The notes: generated by a model not told the origin, from the sequence alone. Counted from the first letter of the stretch, positions 52,168 to 62,121 are shown. The stretch: DNA of 64,000 bases from an uncultured Pelagibacteraceae bacterium (GCA_902544065.1 CACCAS010000003.1:4492-68491); one strand, 5' to 3'. Program-made: numbers and translations.

Positions 52168-52998
52168 CTAGATATCTAATCCAAAATCTATATTATTAAT
52201 GCTGTGAGTAAGTTGGCCTATAGAAATACGGTTCACTTTAGTTTTCGCGTAAGACAAAAGGTTCTTTAAATTTATTTTTCCCGATGCTTCACATTCAAAT
52301 CTACCATTAACTATTTTAAGACAAGTCTTTACCTGGACTGGGGTCATGTTATCTAATAAAACTATATCGACCTTTTCATTAATTATTTCTTTAAGTTGAT
52401 TAAGATTATCAACTTCTACTGTAATTTTTTTATTTCGACTCATGTGCCTTAGTTTACGTATGCACTCTTTAATGTCAGAATTTGTCCTCAAATGATTGTC
52501 TTTAATGAAAAAGAAATCATCAAGTGTTTCTCTATTAATATAAGCCCCTCCAATTGTTAGTGCATATTTTTCAAGTTTACGAATGCCAGGAATAGTTTTA
52601 CGTGTAGAATATATTTTTGAGCCATATGGATCAGCTATATCTGAAAATTCTTTCGCTTTGGATGCAACGCCAGACATTAAGCCTAAAAAGTTAAGAGCAG
52701 TTCTTTCTGCGGTTAAGATATTTTGCGTCTTTCCTGTAATTGTAATTATTTTATCTCCCTTGTTTGCTAGTTCACCGTCTTTTTTCAGGGTCCTAATTTT
52801 GACTGACTTATCTAACTTTTTAAAGGTTTGCTTTGCGAATTCAGTACCACATATAACAGCATTTTCTTTAACGATAATAGTTGCTTTTGACAGAGAGAAT
52901 TTAGGTATTAATACTTTTGATGTTATATCACCGTCTCTTCCTATATCTTCTAGGAGAGCAGAGTGTACTAGTTGATTTATATATTTTTTAGTTAACAA
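52168..52998 (-). CDS. nadC: Nicotinate-nucleotide diphosphorylase (carboxylating)
   Basis: ALLEDIGRDGDITS, ERTALNFL, RKT.PG.R, LLDNM motifs. Confidence 0.92.
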   Translation of the reverse strand: MLTKKYINQLVHSALLEDIGRDGDITSKVLIPKFSLSKATIIVKENAVICGTEFAKQTFKKLDKSVKIRTLKKDGELANKGDKIITITGKTQNILTAERTALNFLGLMSGVASKAKEFSDIADPYGSKIYSTRKTIPGIRKLEKYALTIGGAYINRETLDDFFFIKDNHLRTNSDIKECIRKLRHMSRNKKITVEVDNLNQLKEIINEKVDIVLLDNMTPVQVKTCLKIVNGRFECEASGKINLKNLLSYAKTKVNRISIGQLTHSINNIDFGLDI

Positions 52999-54601
52999 TT
53001 TGTTTATGATTTTTGTAATCTGCCAAATTTAAGATTTCATTTATTTTGTTATCTATATCTGAGAAATTCATATCAAAATGCAATACATAATTATCATCTG
53101 TATTTTGATAGTCAGATCTTAAGTGACATCCTCTACTTTCTTTTCTGAAATAAGCACCAATAATAATAAACTTACTTACTAGTATCATATCATTTAGTTT
53201 TGCAGATAGCCCCTTCGACTCTCTTTCGATCTTAAGAATATCATGAAGTCCTCTTACAATTGAGCTATGGCTTCTTACAATACCGACATTTCTCATCATT
53301 GAAGAACGAAGTTGCCAAATGTATTTCTTCGCTCTGATCTTATTCTTAGTTTTTTCTTTATACATTCTAATAAAATCAGGATTAATTTTATTTATTTTTT
53401 TAATTGGTGAACTATTAATATTTTTTGCAACAATTCTTCCAAATACCATTGATTCAAGTAATGAATTAGAAGCCAAACGATTTGCGCCATGTATACCTGT
53501 TGCTGCAACTTCACCACAACACCAAAGCCCTTCCACTGAAGTTTTTCCATCCAGATCCGTTTTAACTCCTCCTATATGATAATGAGCAACTGGGAGTATT
53601 GGCAATAAATCTATTTTTGGATGTAGCCCTGCCGCTTGACAATATGAGGCAACTTGTGGGTATTTTGTTTCAAATTTACTACTAACTTTACGGCAATCAA
53701 GAAAGACAGAGTTTCCTTGCTCTATTTGCTTAAATAAATTTTGAGCAACCAAGTCTCTGGGTGCCAATTCATTTTCTGGATGAACTCCAAGCATAAACCT
53801 CTCTTCATTTTGATTTACTAGATAAGCACCATCACCTCTAATTGCTTCGGTCGCAAGTGGAGTAGGATCCAAACCGAAATCAAGTCCTGTTGGATGGAAT
53901 TGAATAAATTCCATATCAGTCAACACTGCACCTGCTTGTGCAGCAAGGGCTATTCCCTCACCATAAGAACTTCTTGGGTTAGTTGTATTAGCAAATATTC
54001 CTCCAAGTCCTCCAGTAGCAAGCACAACATTTGAACTTTCGATAACAACATGATTATCTGGAACATTTTCTTGTACCAATCTTCCAATAACCCCATGTAT
54101 CGTGTTATTTTCTGACATAATTCTATCAATTGAGACGTTTTCTAAAACTGTAATATTATCACTTTCACTGACTTTTTTTATTAAGCCTCTCATAATTTCA
54201 ATACCAGAACTATCACCCTTTGATCTTACTATTCGGTTTCTGCTATGAGCAGCTTCAAGGCCTAAATCAAAAGATCCGTCATTATTTTTATCAAAGTTTA
54301 CACCAATGTTCTCAAGATCATTTATAATACTTTCTGCCTCAGTGACGACTTTCAGAATGACATTCTTGTCAGCTAGACCTTTTGCTGTTGTTACAGTATC
54401 TTCAACATGACTTTCTATACTGTCGTTAATTCCCACTGCTGCAGCGATGCCACCTTGTGCCCACATACTAGAGGTATTCACGCCTAAAGTACTTTTTGTT
54501 ATAATACATACTTTTCTTGGTGCTAGGTTAAGCGCTACGGTTAGTCCAGCGACACCGCCACCCACGATAACCACATCTGGTCTATAAATAGAGTCAGCCA
54601 T
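52988..54601 (-). CDS. nadB: L-aspartate oxidase
   Basis: VVIVGGGVAGL, WAQGGIAA, HPTG, GGV.TD, RESRGCH motifs; 537 aa. Confidence 0.93.
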   Translation of the reverse strand: MADSIYRPDVVIVGGGVAGLTVALNLAPRKVCIITKSTLGVNTSSMWAQGGIAAAVGINDSIESHVEDTVTTAKGLADKNVILKVVTEAESIINDLENIGVNFDKNNDGSFDLGLEAAHSRNRIVRSKGDSSGIEIMRGLIKKVSESDNITVLENVSIDRIMSENNTIHGVIGRLVQENVPDNHVVIESSNVVLATGGLGGIFANTTNPRSSYGEGIALAAQAGAVLTDMEFIQFHPTGLDFGLDPTPLATEAIRGDGAYLVNQNEERFMLGVHPENELAPRDLVAQNLFKQIEQGNSVFLDCRKVSSKFETKYPQVASYCQAAGLHPKIDLLPILPVAHYHIGGVKTDLDGKTSVEGLWCCGEVAATGIHGANRLASNSLLESMVFGRIVAKNINSSPIKKINKINPDFIRMYKEKTKNKIRAKKYIWQLRSSMMRNVGIVRSHSSIVRGLHDILKIERESKGLSAKLNDMILVSKFIIIGAYFRKESRGCHLRSDYQNTDDNYVLHFDMNFSDIDNKINEILNLADYKNHKQIVN

Positions 54602-54603
54602 AA

Positions 54604-55623
54604 TTAGCTTCTTCCAATTTCCAACATTCGTTCTATTGATAAGCGGGCTTGGTTAATAATATATTTATCTACTTCAATTTGAAATTGATTAAAACGAATT
54701 GCGTCGTATATTTTTTTTAGAGAGATTCTTTTCATATGTGGACATAGATTACACGGCCTTACAAACTCAACATCAGGATTTTCAATGGCCACATTATCAC
54801 TCATAGAGCATTCAGTGACCATTATTACTTTTTGTGGTTGATTGTCCTTTACATAATTGCTCATGCCAGCTGTAGATCCTGCAAAATCACTAACTGCCAC
54901 TACTTCTGGAGAGCACTCAGGATGAGCGAGCACAACAATGTCTTTATGTTGTTCTTTATAGGCCAATATTTCTTGCGCTGTGAATCTTTCATGCACTTCA
55001 CATCGTCCTTTCCATGAAATAATTTTTACATTAGTTTGTGCGGCCACATTTTTTGCTAAAAACTCGTCAGGCAGAAATATTACACTCTCAGTTCCTAGTG
55101 CTTCTACTACTTTCTTTGCATTACCCGATGTACAACAAACATCTGTTTCAGCTTTTACTTCAGCAGACGTGTTGACATATGTAACGACTGGAACTCCAGG
55201 GTACTTTTGTTTCAATAATCTAATATCTTCAGCAGTAATTGAATCTGCAAGTGAACATCCTGCCCTTGCATCCGGTATTAGAACATTTTTGTTAGGGCTT
55301 AAAATTTTTGCAGTTTCTGCCATAAAATGAACACCACAAACAATTATTGTTTCAGCTTTTGAGTCTCTCGCTTCATAAGCAAGCTTTAGCGAATCTCCTA
55401 CAATATCGGAAACACAATGAAATATTTCAGGTGTCTGATAGTTGTGTGTAAGAATAGCAATATTTTTTTCTTTTTTGAGTTTATTGATCTCATGAATCAG
55501 CGGCGCATGAAATGGCCATTCCACAGCAGGGATTACTTTTTCAACTCCTTTATAGAGTTCAGCTGTAGCATTTTGAACTTCAAGAGTAAAATTTGAAGGA
55601 TATTTTAATTCTTCGCTTAACAT
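54604..55623 (-). CDS. nadA: Quinolinate synthase
   Basis: [18 protein letters not shown], three conserved Cys regions (GCSLAD, CCTSGNA, TECSM); 339 aa. Confidence 0.93.
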   Translation of the reverse strand: MLSEELKYPSNFTLEVQNATAELYKGVEKVIPAVEWPFHAPLIHEINKLKKEKNIAILTHNYQTPEIFHCVSDIVGDSLKLAYEARDSKAETIIVCGVHFMAETAKILSPNKNVLIPDARAGCSLADSITAEDIRLLKQKYPGVPVVTYVNTSAEVKAETDVCCTSGNAKKVVEALGTESVIFLPDEFLAKNVAAQTNVKIISWKGRCEVHERFTAQEILAYKEQHKDIVVLAHPECSPEVVAVSDFAGSTAGMSNYVKDNQPQKVIMVTECSMSDNVAIENPDVEFVRPCNLCPHMKRISLKKIYDAIRFNQFQIEVDKYIINQARLSIERMLEIGRS

Positions 55624-55712
55624 ATATTATTATTTTATTATCTATTATTACAATTATAGTTAAATGTATATATTTCAACAACACAACTTATCCCTAAAAA
55701 ATAGGGAAATTT

Positions 55713-55798
55713 GCCGTCGTGCTGGAATTGGTAGACAGGCTGGTTTGAGGGATCAGTGAACATAGTTCGTGAGAGTTCGAGTCTCTCCGACGGCACCA
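55713..55798 (+). tRNA. tRNA-Leu (anticodon GAG)
   Basis: Manual fold: acceptor GCCGTCG/CGACGGC, D loop gaattggtaga, anticodon arm ctggt-ttGAGgg-atcag, long variable arm, T arm gagag-ttcgagt-ctctc, encoded CCA; 86 nt. Confidence 0.9.
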
Positions 55799-55830
55799 AA
55801 ATAAAGATATGATATAAATAAGCTTAATTT

Positions 55831-56718
55831 ATGAAAATTTTATTTATAGGACCTACAAGAATTGGAGATACTATCTTAGCATCATCAATTATAAACTTCT
55901 TAATTGATCAAAATAAAAAATCTAAATACACTGTTGTTACCAGTTCGTTCTCTAAAGATCTTTATGAAAAAATGCCTAATCTTGAAAAAATTATTGTAAT
56001 AAATAAAAAAAAATATGGTCTACATTGGTTAAACATTTGGCGGTCTTGTATATTTAAAAAATGGGATTTAGTTGTTGATTTAAGATCATCAATTATAGCT
56101 TATTTATTATTCACAAAATCTCGAAAAATTTTTAAGGGCAATGATAATTTTCATAAAATAATTCAATTCACAAATTTTCTTAAGACTTCAAAAAAAATAT
56201 CACCTTTAATTTGGTCTGACTCTACCGATGAAGCCGAAAGTAACAATAAAATAAAAATTGAAGGTCCTTTTATAGCAGTAGCGCCATATTCAAATTGGAG
56301 ACAAAAAGACTGGTCAATCGAAAAGTATATAGAATTATTTAAAAACGACTTTTTTAAAAATTATACTCTGATATTAACAGGCATATCAAAAGATATTCCA
56401 AATATTGAAAAATTTAATAAATTAATGAACGATCCATCACTAAGTATTATCAATTTATTTGATTGGGGAAATTTGCGACATATGATACCTATTTTCAAAA
56501 AATGTAATTTCTTTATTGGAAGTGACAGTGGACTTATGCATCTCGCTGCGTCAACAAAATGCAAAACATTCGCCCTTTTTGGTCCCACAAACGAAATTGT
56601 TTATGGACCGTGGGGAGATCACAAAATTATCAAATCACATGATTATCCAGCAACCGATGATCCTCTTAATTTATCCGTTGAAAAAGTACTCAATATAATT
56701 AAGAAGGAAATAAGATGA
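55831..56718 (+). CDS. Glycosyltransferase family 9 (heptosyltransferase-like)
   Basis: KILFIGPTRIGDTIL N-terminus and C-terminal FIGSDSGLMHLAAS...FGPT motif. Confidence 0.8.
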   Translation: MKILFIGPTRIGDTILASSIINFLIDQNKKSKYTVVTSSFSKDLYEKMPNLEKIIVINKKKYGLHWLNIWRSCIFKKWDLVVDLRSSIIAYLLFTKSRKIFKGNDNFHKIIQFTNFLKTSKKISPLIWSDSTDEAESNNKIKIEGPFIAVAPYSNWRQKDWSIEKYIELFKNDFFKNYTLILTGISKDIPNIEKFNKLMNDPSLSIINLFDWGNLRHMIPIFKKCNFFIGSDSGLMHLAASTKCKTFALFGPTNEIVYGPWGDHKIIKSHDYPATDDPLNLSVEKVLNIIKKEIR

Positions 56719-58025
56719 TTGATCTTATTCTGGAGAATGGAAAAGTTGTATCGCACAATAGAGTCAGTAATACTGACATAGCAATAAAAAATGGAAAAAT
56801 ATTCAAGATCGGCAACTTGAGTAAAGAAAAGTCAAAAGAAAGATTTAACGCCTCAGGACTCCATATTTTACCAGGTGTTTTTGATACTCAAGTACACTTT
56901 CGAGAGCCAGGAAACACAAAAAAAGAAGACTTAAAATCAGGTAGCTTCGCAGCTGTTGCTGGGGGCGTTACATCAGTATTTGATATGCCTAACAATAAGC
57001 CGAGTATTACGACAAAATCATTATTTACAAAAAAGTTAGGAATGGCAAAAAATAGAATGGTTTGTAATTACGCCTTTTACTTTGGTGCGGAGAAAGACAA
57101 TATCACTGAAATTAAAAAAGTTGAGAAACTCAGAGGATGTTGTGGTGTAAAAGTATTTGTAGGATCTTCCACGGGTACATTATTAGTATCAAACCATAAA
57201 GACATTCAAAATATAATGAAAAATACTAAAAAAATGATTTCATTCCATTCTGAAGATGAAAATCTTTTAAATATAAGAAAGAAATATATTAAAAATAACC
57301 AACCTAGGTCACATCAAGTATGGAGAAATGTTGAGACTGCAATTAAATCGACGAAAAATCTAATAAAATCTGCAAATATAACAAAAAAGAAAATTCATAT
57401 TTTACATATTACAACTGCTGATGAGGTAAAATTACTTCTAAGAAATAGAAAATACGTAACTTTCGAGGTGACCCCTCAGCATTTAGTATTGTCATCACCT
57501 GATTGTTACAAAAAAATTGGTACATACGCGCAGATGAATCCACCAATTAGAGGAAATAAGCATAGGGCATATCTTAGAAAGACTCTCAAAGAAGGCAAAA
57601 TTGATGTGATTGGTTCTGATCATGCTCCTCATTTAAAATCTGAAAAGAATAAATCTTATCCTAATAGTCCCTCAGGAATGCCAGGTGTACAAACACTGTT
57701 ACCTGTTTTATTAAATGAAGTTTCAAAAAAAATGATTTCTATTATGGATGTTGTAAAAATGACTAGTTTTAATCCAAGAAAAATCTTCAAAATCAAGAAT
57801 AAAGGTTTAATTAAAGTCGGATTTGATGCAGACATTACCATCGTTGATTTAAATAAAGAGAAGAAAGTACTCAATAAAGACATGAAAAGCAAATGTGGTT
57901 GGTCGCCCTTTCACGGAGAAAAATTAATCGGTTGGCCTATTGGCACAATTGTTAATGGGGAAAAAGTTTTTTGGAATAACAAAATTGCAAAAAATATTTA
58001 TGGAAAGCCAATAGAGTTTAATTAA
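56715..58025 (+). CDS. pyrC: Dihydroorotase-like cyclic amidohydrolase
   Basis: 436 aa. GVFDTQVHFREPG (Gln in place of the first His of the usual HxH), GSDHAPH, GFDAD. No adjacent pyrB. Confidence 0.7.
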   Translation: MIDLILENGKVVSHNRVSNTDIAIKNGKIFKIGNLSKEKSKERFNASGLHILPGVFDTQVHFREPGNTKKEDLKSGSFAAVAGGVTSVFDMPNNKPSITTKSLFTKKLGMAKNRMVCNYAFYFGAEKDNITEIKKVEKLRGCCGVKVFVGSSTGTLLVSNHKDIQNIMKNTKKMISFHSEDENLLNIRKKYIKNNQPRSHQVWRNVETAIKSTKNLIKSANITKKKIHILHITTADEVKLLLRNRKYVTFEVTPQHLVLSSPDCYKKIGTYAQMNPPIRGNKHRAYLRKTLKEGKIDVIGSDHAPHLKSEKNKSYPNSPSGMPGVQTLLPVLLNEVSKKMISIMDVVKMTSFNPRKIFKIKNKGLIKVGFDADITIVDLNKEKKVLNKDMKSKCGWSPFHGEKLIGWPIGTIVNGEKVFWNNKIAKNIYGKPIEFN

Positions 58026-58798
58026 TTTTTGGCTATAAATGATGTATTTTTAAAATTAGGCTTACCATACTTCATTATTTTTCTATCAAGTGTCTTTATA
58101 CGACCTCCGGCATATCTTAGGATTGCATCCCCGGCGGCAATATCCCATTCCATAGTCCTGCCATGTCTTGGATAAATATTCGCAGTGCCATCAGCAATAT
58201 AGCATAATTTAATTGAACTTCCTGTTCTAATGATTTTATTAGCATTAAATTTCTTAAATACTGCCTTCTTAGCTTCTAATATTTTTTCTTTTGATAAACC
58301 ATGTGAGCGACTAAACACTAAAATATTTTTTTTTCTTTTTTTAACCTTAATAACTTTTATATTTTGTAGTTTTCCTTTTTGATCAAATTTAGCAAAATAT
58401 GATTTTTTATTCTTAGTATAATAAAATTTATTCTTAGCCGGCATGTATATTAAACCATAAATAGGTATTTTATTGATAACCAGGGCAATATTGACTGTAA
58501 ATTCTCCATTGCCTTTAAGAAATTCTTTGGTTCCATCTAGTGGGTCAACAAGCCAAAATATTTTTTTATTTTTAATGCGACTATTATCTAATTCTTCTGA
58601 AACAATTGGAATTTTTGGAAAATATTTTCTTAATCCTTCACATATTATAGCGTTTGCTTTTAAATCAGCATTTGTTACAGGGCTATTATCTGATTTAATC
58701 TTTTTAGTTACTTTTTTATTGTAAATTCTTACAATTTCTTGTCCCGCATTGAATGCCAATGTAATTAATTTTTGGGATTTATCGTCGTCTATAATCAT
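58022..58798 (-). CDS. cysQ: 3'(2'),5'-bisphosphate nucleotidase
   Basis: SPVTNADL, WLVDPLDGTKEF, WDIAAG motifs; 258 aa. Confidence 0.88.
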   Translation of the reverse strand: MIIDDDKSQKLITLAFNAGQEIVRIYNKKVTKKIKSDNSPVTNADLKANAIICEGLRKYFPKIPIVSEELDNSRIKNKKIFWLVDPLDGTKEFLKGNGEFTVNIALVINKIPIYGLIYMPAKNKFYYTKNKKSYFAKFDQKGKLQNIKVIKVKKRKKNILVFSRSHGLSKEKILEAKKAVFKKFNANKIIRTGSSIKLCYIADGTANIYPRHGRTMEWDIAAGDAILRYAGGRIKTLDRKIMKYGKPNFKNTSFIAKN

Positions 58799-58871
58799 TT
58801 TCTAGTAAAATTTTGTAGATTAGACAATATGACAAATATATTATACATACCAGTTGAATTTAATAACTATT

Positions 58872-59966
58872 ATGCAAAGTACAACATTTGAAATAAGAAA
58901 TAAAAAACCGACAGTTGTGGCGATGTCAGGTGGTGTAGATTCTTCTGTTGCTGCAGCCTTAATGAAAAAAGAAAATGAAAATGTCATTGGAGTTACATTA
59001 AGATTATATGATGAGAAGAAAATCTCTAAATCAAAATCCTGTTGCTCTGGTACAGACATTATAGACGCTAAAAAGATTGCTAATGATATAACTATTCCAC
59101 ATTATGTTTTAGACTATGAAGATATATTCAAAAAAAATGTAATACAGCCTTTTATCAATGACTATGAAAAAGGTCGTACACCTATTCCATGCATTAATTG
59201 CAATGAAAAAGTAAAATTTTTGGATCTCATTGAATTTGCAAAGAGTTTAAATGCAAGGAGTTTAGTTACTGGTCACTATATAAAAAAAATTAAAGTGAAT
59301 AATGAGTGGAGATTGTATATCCCAGAGGATACTGACCGTGATCAATCTTATTTTTTATTTACAACAAAAAAAAATGATCTTGATTTTTTAGACTTTCCTC
59401 TTGGTTATCACAAGAAAGATGAAATAAGAAATATGGCGAAAAATTTAGATTTTCATTTACATGATAAAGAAGATAGTCAGGATATTTGTTTTATTCCAGA
59501 TGGCAATTATAAAGATTTTATTAAAGACAGTGTCAAGAATTCAAAGGGAGATATTGTTGACACTAAGGGGAAAGTACTCAATGCACATGAAGGTATTCAC
59601 AATTTTACAGTAGGGCAAAGAAAAGGGTTAGGAGTTTCAGAGAAAAATCCTTTATATGTTAAAGAAATAATTTCAGAAAAAAATCGGGTTATAGTTGCTG
59701 AAAAACAGGAAGTAAAGTCTTCAACTATAAATGTTAATAAATTAAATCTTCTCACGGACATATCTGATCTTAATATGTTAGTAAGAGTAAGGTCTACTGG
59801 AAGTTTATTAGAGTCAGAAATAGAAATTCAATCAGATAATAAAGCTATAGTAAATTTGTCAAAACCAGAAAATGCTGTTTCTCCCGGTCAAGCATGTGTT
59901 TTTTATACCAAAGATGAATATGGAACACGTCTTCTTGGTGGTGGATGGATCCAGTCGACAAACTAA
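58872..59966 (+). CDS. mnmA: tRNA 2-thiouridine(34) synthase
   Basis: VVAMSGGVDSSVAA PP-loop, CCS, TGHY, DQSYFL motifs. ATG at 58872 (the track's TTG is at 58854). Confidence 0.92.
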   Translation: MQSTTFEIRNKKPTVVAMSGGVDSSVAAALMKKENENVIGVTLRLYDEKKISKSKSCCSGTDIIDAKKIANDITIPHYVLDYEDIFKKNVIQPFINDYEKGRTPIPCINCNEKVKFLDLIEFAKSLNARSLVTGHYIKKIKVNNEWRLYIPEDTDRDQSYFLFTTKKNDLDFLDFPLGYHKKDEIRNMAKNLDFHLHDKEDSQDICFIPDGNYKDFIKDSVKNSKGDIVDTKGKVLNAHEGIHNFTVGQRKGLGVSEKNPLYVKEIISEKNRVIVAEKQEVKSSTINVNKLNLLTDISDLNMLVRVRSTGSLLESEIEIQSDNKAIVNLSKPENAVSPGQACVFYTKDEYGTRLLGGGWIQSTN

Positions 59967-59992
59967 TTAATTTGTATATTATGTCAGCCTTT

Positions 59993-60069
59993 GGCGGGGT
60001 AGCTCAGTTGGTTAGAGCGGAGGAATCATAATCCTTAGGTCGGGGGTTCAAATCCCTCTCCCGCTACCA
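59993..60069 (+). tRNA. tRNA with CAU anticodon (elongator Met, or Ile2 if lysidinylated)
   Basis: Manual fold: acceptor GGCGGGG/TCCCGCT (G1-U72 and G7-U66 wobble pairs), D arm gctc-agttggtta-gagc, anticodon arm gagga-atCATaa-tcctt, T arm ggggg-ttcaaat-ccctc, encoded CCA; 77 nt. Confidence 0.88.
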
Positions 60070-60373
60070 AAGATAGCCCCATTTTTCCGGGCATATCCCT
60101 TTTGCAAGAAAAACCGAATAACTGGACTGGCAACAGTTGGTACAGTTTTGGTACAGTCGGTGCTTCTGGTGCTTTCAAAAACCAACAAAAACACATACTT
60201 GCAAAGACTAGGGATTTATCAATATGGATATGATTTATGTTATTGATTTAATTTAATAAATTGATTTTCAATGTTATAAAACAGTACGAACTCTAGCTAG
60301 TTTGGTACAGAGCTATCGTTCTGAACTACAGCTACTTCATATTGCTTGTATTAACCTATTGCTAAGACTTCCG

Positions 60374-60394
60374 CTCCCCCTTTACGGGGGAGCT
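60374..60394 (-). terminator. GC-rich stem-loop downstream of the island's 161-aa gene
   Basis: gctccccc-tttac-gggggagc, an 8-bp stem, 39 nt after the stop at 60433. No clear U-tract follows on the minus strand. Confidence 0.35.
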
Positions 60395-60432
60395 TCAGCT
60401 ATTAATCTCTGTATAAGTATCGATATATATCT

Positions 60433-60918
60433 TTAATCTATATCTATATCTGTCTTATTGAGATGTCTTAACTGATTGGAAAGAAAGCTAGGAGCATTAG
60501 CAGATTTGCCATTCTGCTTCAGCAGTTGCTCCTTTTTTGCTCTTGTTAGCTCTGCCTTTGCCTTTTTATCAGCTTGTTTTGCAAGGTCTAACATTGCTGT
60601 TTCATTCATCTGAGTCGAGTAGTTGAATGAACTCTTAGCACCTTTGTGAAGGTTCTCCTGTTTCATAATCAATCCTTGATCAATCATTGGTTGAAGATTC
60701 TTGTAGAAGGTGTCTTTCCGCATAGTTCGATAAAACTGCTTCCTTAAACCTTCAAGTTCAAAGTCATTCAGTTGGATATTCTGCTTATAGCAAGTTGCTT
60801 TTCTGCAATAGATATGAAGCAAGATATCTCTTTGAATTGGTTTGAGTAGGCAAGTAAGCATTAGCCATTCCTCATACCTGAACTTGATGAAGTAGTTATT
60901 ACCTCTATCTGCTGACAT
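60433..60918 (-). CDS. Island hypothetical protein (161 aa from MSADRGNNY), basic C-terminal coiled region
   Basis: Long ORF with a 14-nt overlap with the upstream excisionase-like gene. I recognise no motif. The start is trimmed from the track's 60948. Confidence 0.5.
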   Translation of the reverse strand: MSADRGNNYFIKFRYEEWLMLTCLLKPIQRDILLHIYCRKATCYKQNIQLNDFELEGLRKQFYRTMRKDTFYKNLQPMIDQGLIMKQENLHKGAKSSFNYSTQMNETAMLDLAKQADKKAKAELTRAKKEQLLKQNGKSANAPSFLSNQLRHLNKTDIDID

Positions 60919-61126
60919 CAGAAGCTCCTTCAGTATGTTCAGTAACAAACTGATCGAGAGCTTCTGGCGTGAAGTAAACCCTATGACCTATTCTAGTAGG
61001 TACAGGTTTCTTCTGGGAAGATGTATAAAAGATTCTCCGTAGTGTATATTGTGGTAAACCCAAATACTTCGAAGCTTCCTTTGTATCTAATAATCTTCCT
61101 ATGCTTTGTTGGTTCTGTGTAGTCAT
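60905..61126 (-). CDS. Excisionase/AlpA-type helix-turn-helix DNA-binding protein
   Basis: LLDTKEASKYLGLPQYTLRRI......P.PTRIGHRVYFTPEALDQFV fits the HTH_17/excisionase pattern. taGGAGattggttt precedes the ATG. Confidence 0.65.
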   Translation of the reverse strand: MTTQNQQSIGRLLDTKEASKYLGLPQYTLRRIFYTSSQKKPVPTRIGHRVYFTPEALDQFVTEHTEGASDVSR

Positions 61127-61848
61127 AAACCAATCTCCTATTCTCTGTATTAGGACAATTCACAGTCTGTCTTTTGACTGCATTTTTTTTCAGGCGGGAT
61201 ACTATGCCCACCCCTGGGCTATAGCTTATTGACCGTATTGCCTTGTGTGGCAAGTCCGACAGCTTTAGTCGTATGCTAGAAAGCAAGTAACCTTTTTTAT
61301 ATTGTCTAATAAGTCCAATTAAACGAATCACTACAGCTTTCATAAGTTAATTACTAAACAATATTGCAACTAAAGTCAGTACACAGTGCATAAAAGATAC
61401 TAACAAAAACTCTATATCTATTAATAAATACTTATCGTTAATTGTGATCAGATTGTTTTCAATGTGAGTGCTAAGTGTTTGTTTTTTATATACTGTAAAA
61501 ACTGTAAAAATATTCACACCTTTTTTTAGACTGTGTAAAAAGTGTAATTATCTTTTTTAGTGGCTCTAAAAACCCTAACTATTTTTCAGCAATGGTAACT
61601 TCATAGCAGTTCTTAGTCATCATTTCGACTTCTGTAACATCCTCAGCAGATGCATTGAGAGACTCCATTACCTGCATTTCCAAAGAAGTAGCAGTAACAA
61701 TCTCGCCAGTTTCAACAGTGATTAAGGGTAAGCAAATGGTAGCCATTAGGAACTCAATTATCATACCCAAATTTGTATTAGTACGAGGTGTCCCCCTTTT
61801 GTCGGAAATTCGGCATAACTGTGTTCAAAGTCAATTTAAAAAGGATTC

Positions 61849-62121
61849 TTAAAATTGCCTGTAAGTTCCATCATCATATACTGTTACACAACCAGTTGCT
61901 CCACCTGACACATATAAAGATTCTCCGTCTGGAGAATTTATATTAACACCACCATCACAGACAGTGACACTCCTCGTATCAGCATCGTCATAACCTTCTT
62001 CATAACCTTTTTCATAGCCTTCTTTATAACCCTGAGCGTAACCATCCCGAAAATCAAATTCATCAGAAGTAGCAACAGAAATAATCCCTAACAAGATTAT
62101 TATGGAGAGTAGGTGTTTCAT
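61849..62121 (-). CDS. Exported small protein, MKHLLSI family member A (GY-repeat, 2 Cys)
   Basis: Signal peptide MKHLLSIIILLGIISVATS; mature part has GYAQGYKEGYEKGYEEGY repeats. ATGA overlap with the upstream gene. Confidence 0.65.
   Translation of the reverse strand: MKHLLSIIILLGIISVATSDEFDFRDGYAQGYKEGYEKGYEEGYDDADTRSVTVCDGGVNINSPDGESLYVSGGATGCVTVYDDGTYRQF

Noticed and set aside
55691-55707. tcccta-aaaaa-taggga hairpin between nadA and tRNA-Leu, considered as a terminator or NAD-regulator site.
   Set aside because: It lies upstream of both divergent genes, so it cannot terminate either. The 6-bp stem is weak, and I cannot match it to a known NadR/NrtR/NadQ operator from memory.
56715-58025. 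Dihydroorotase-like protein with DTQVH instead of the canonical DxHxH metal motif, considered as a possible inactive PyrC-prime.
   Set aside because: I recall D-x-Q-V-H-F-R-E-P-G variants in apparently functional dihydroorotases of other lineages. The remaining ligand regions (GSDHAPH, FDAD) are intact, so inactivity cannot be argued from sequence alone.
60993-61343. 116-aa track ORF upstream of and overlapping the excisionase-like gene.
   Set aside because: Its 3' third overlaps the well-supported HTH gene out of frame, it has no motif and no convincing ribosome-binding site. The non-overlapping 5' part is treated as non-coding/regulatory in the findings.
61492-61547. Considered the short tandem repeats in the island (ACTGTAAAA, TTGGTACAG, poly-C units) as a degenerate CRISPR array.
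   Set aside because: The repeat units are 7-12 nt, with only 2-3 copies and no regular 25-40 nt spacers, and no cas genes are present. They are not CRISPR.
61579-61852. Two mutually antisense short ORFs (61579-61770 minus, 63 aa acidic; 61655-61852 plus, 65 aa).
   Set aside because: Neither has a ribosome-binding site, a motif or any support other than length. At most one can be real and I cannot decide which. The minus-strand one is co-directional with the array and remains a weak possibility.
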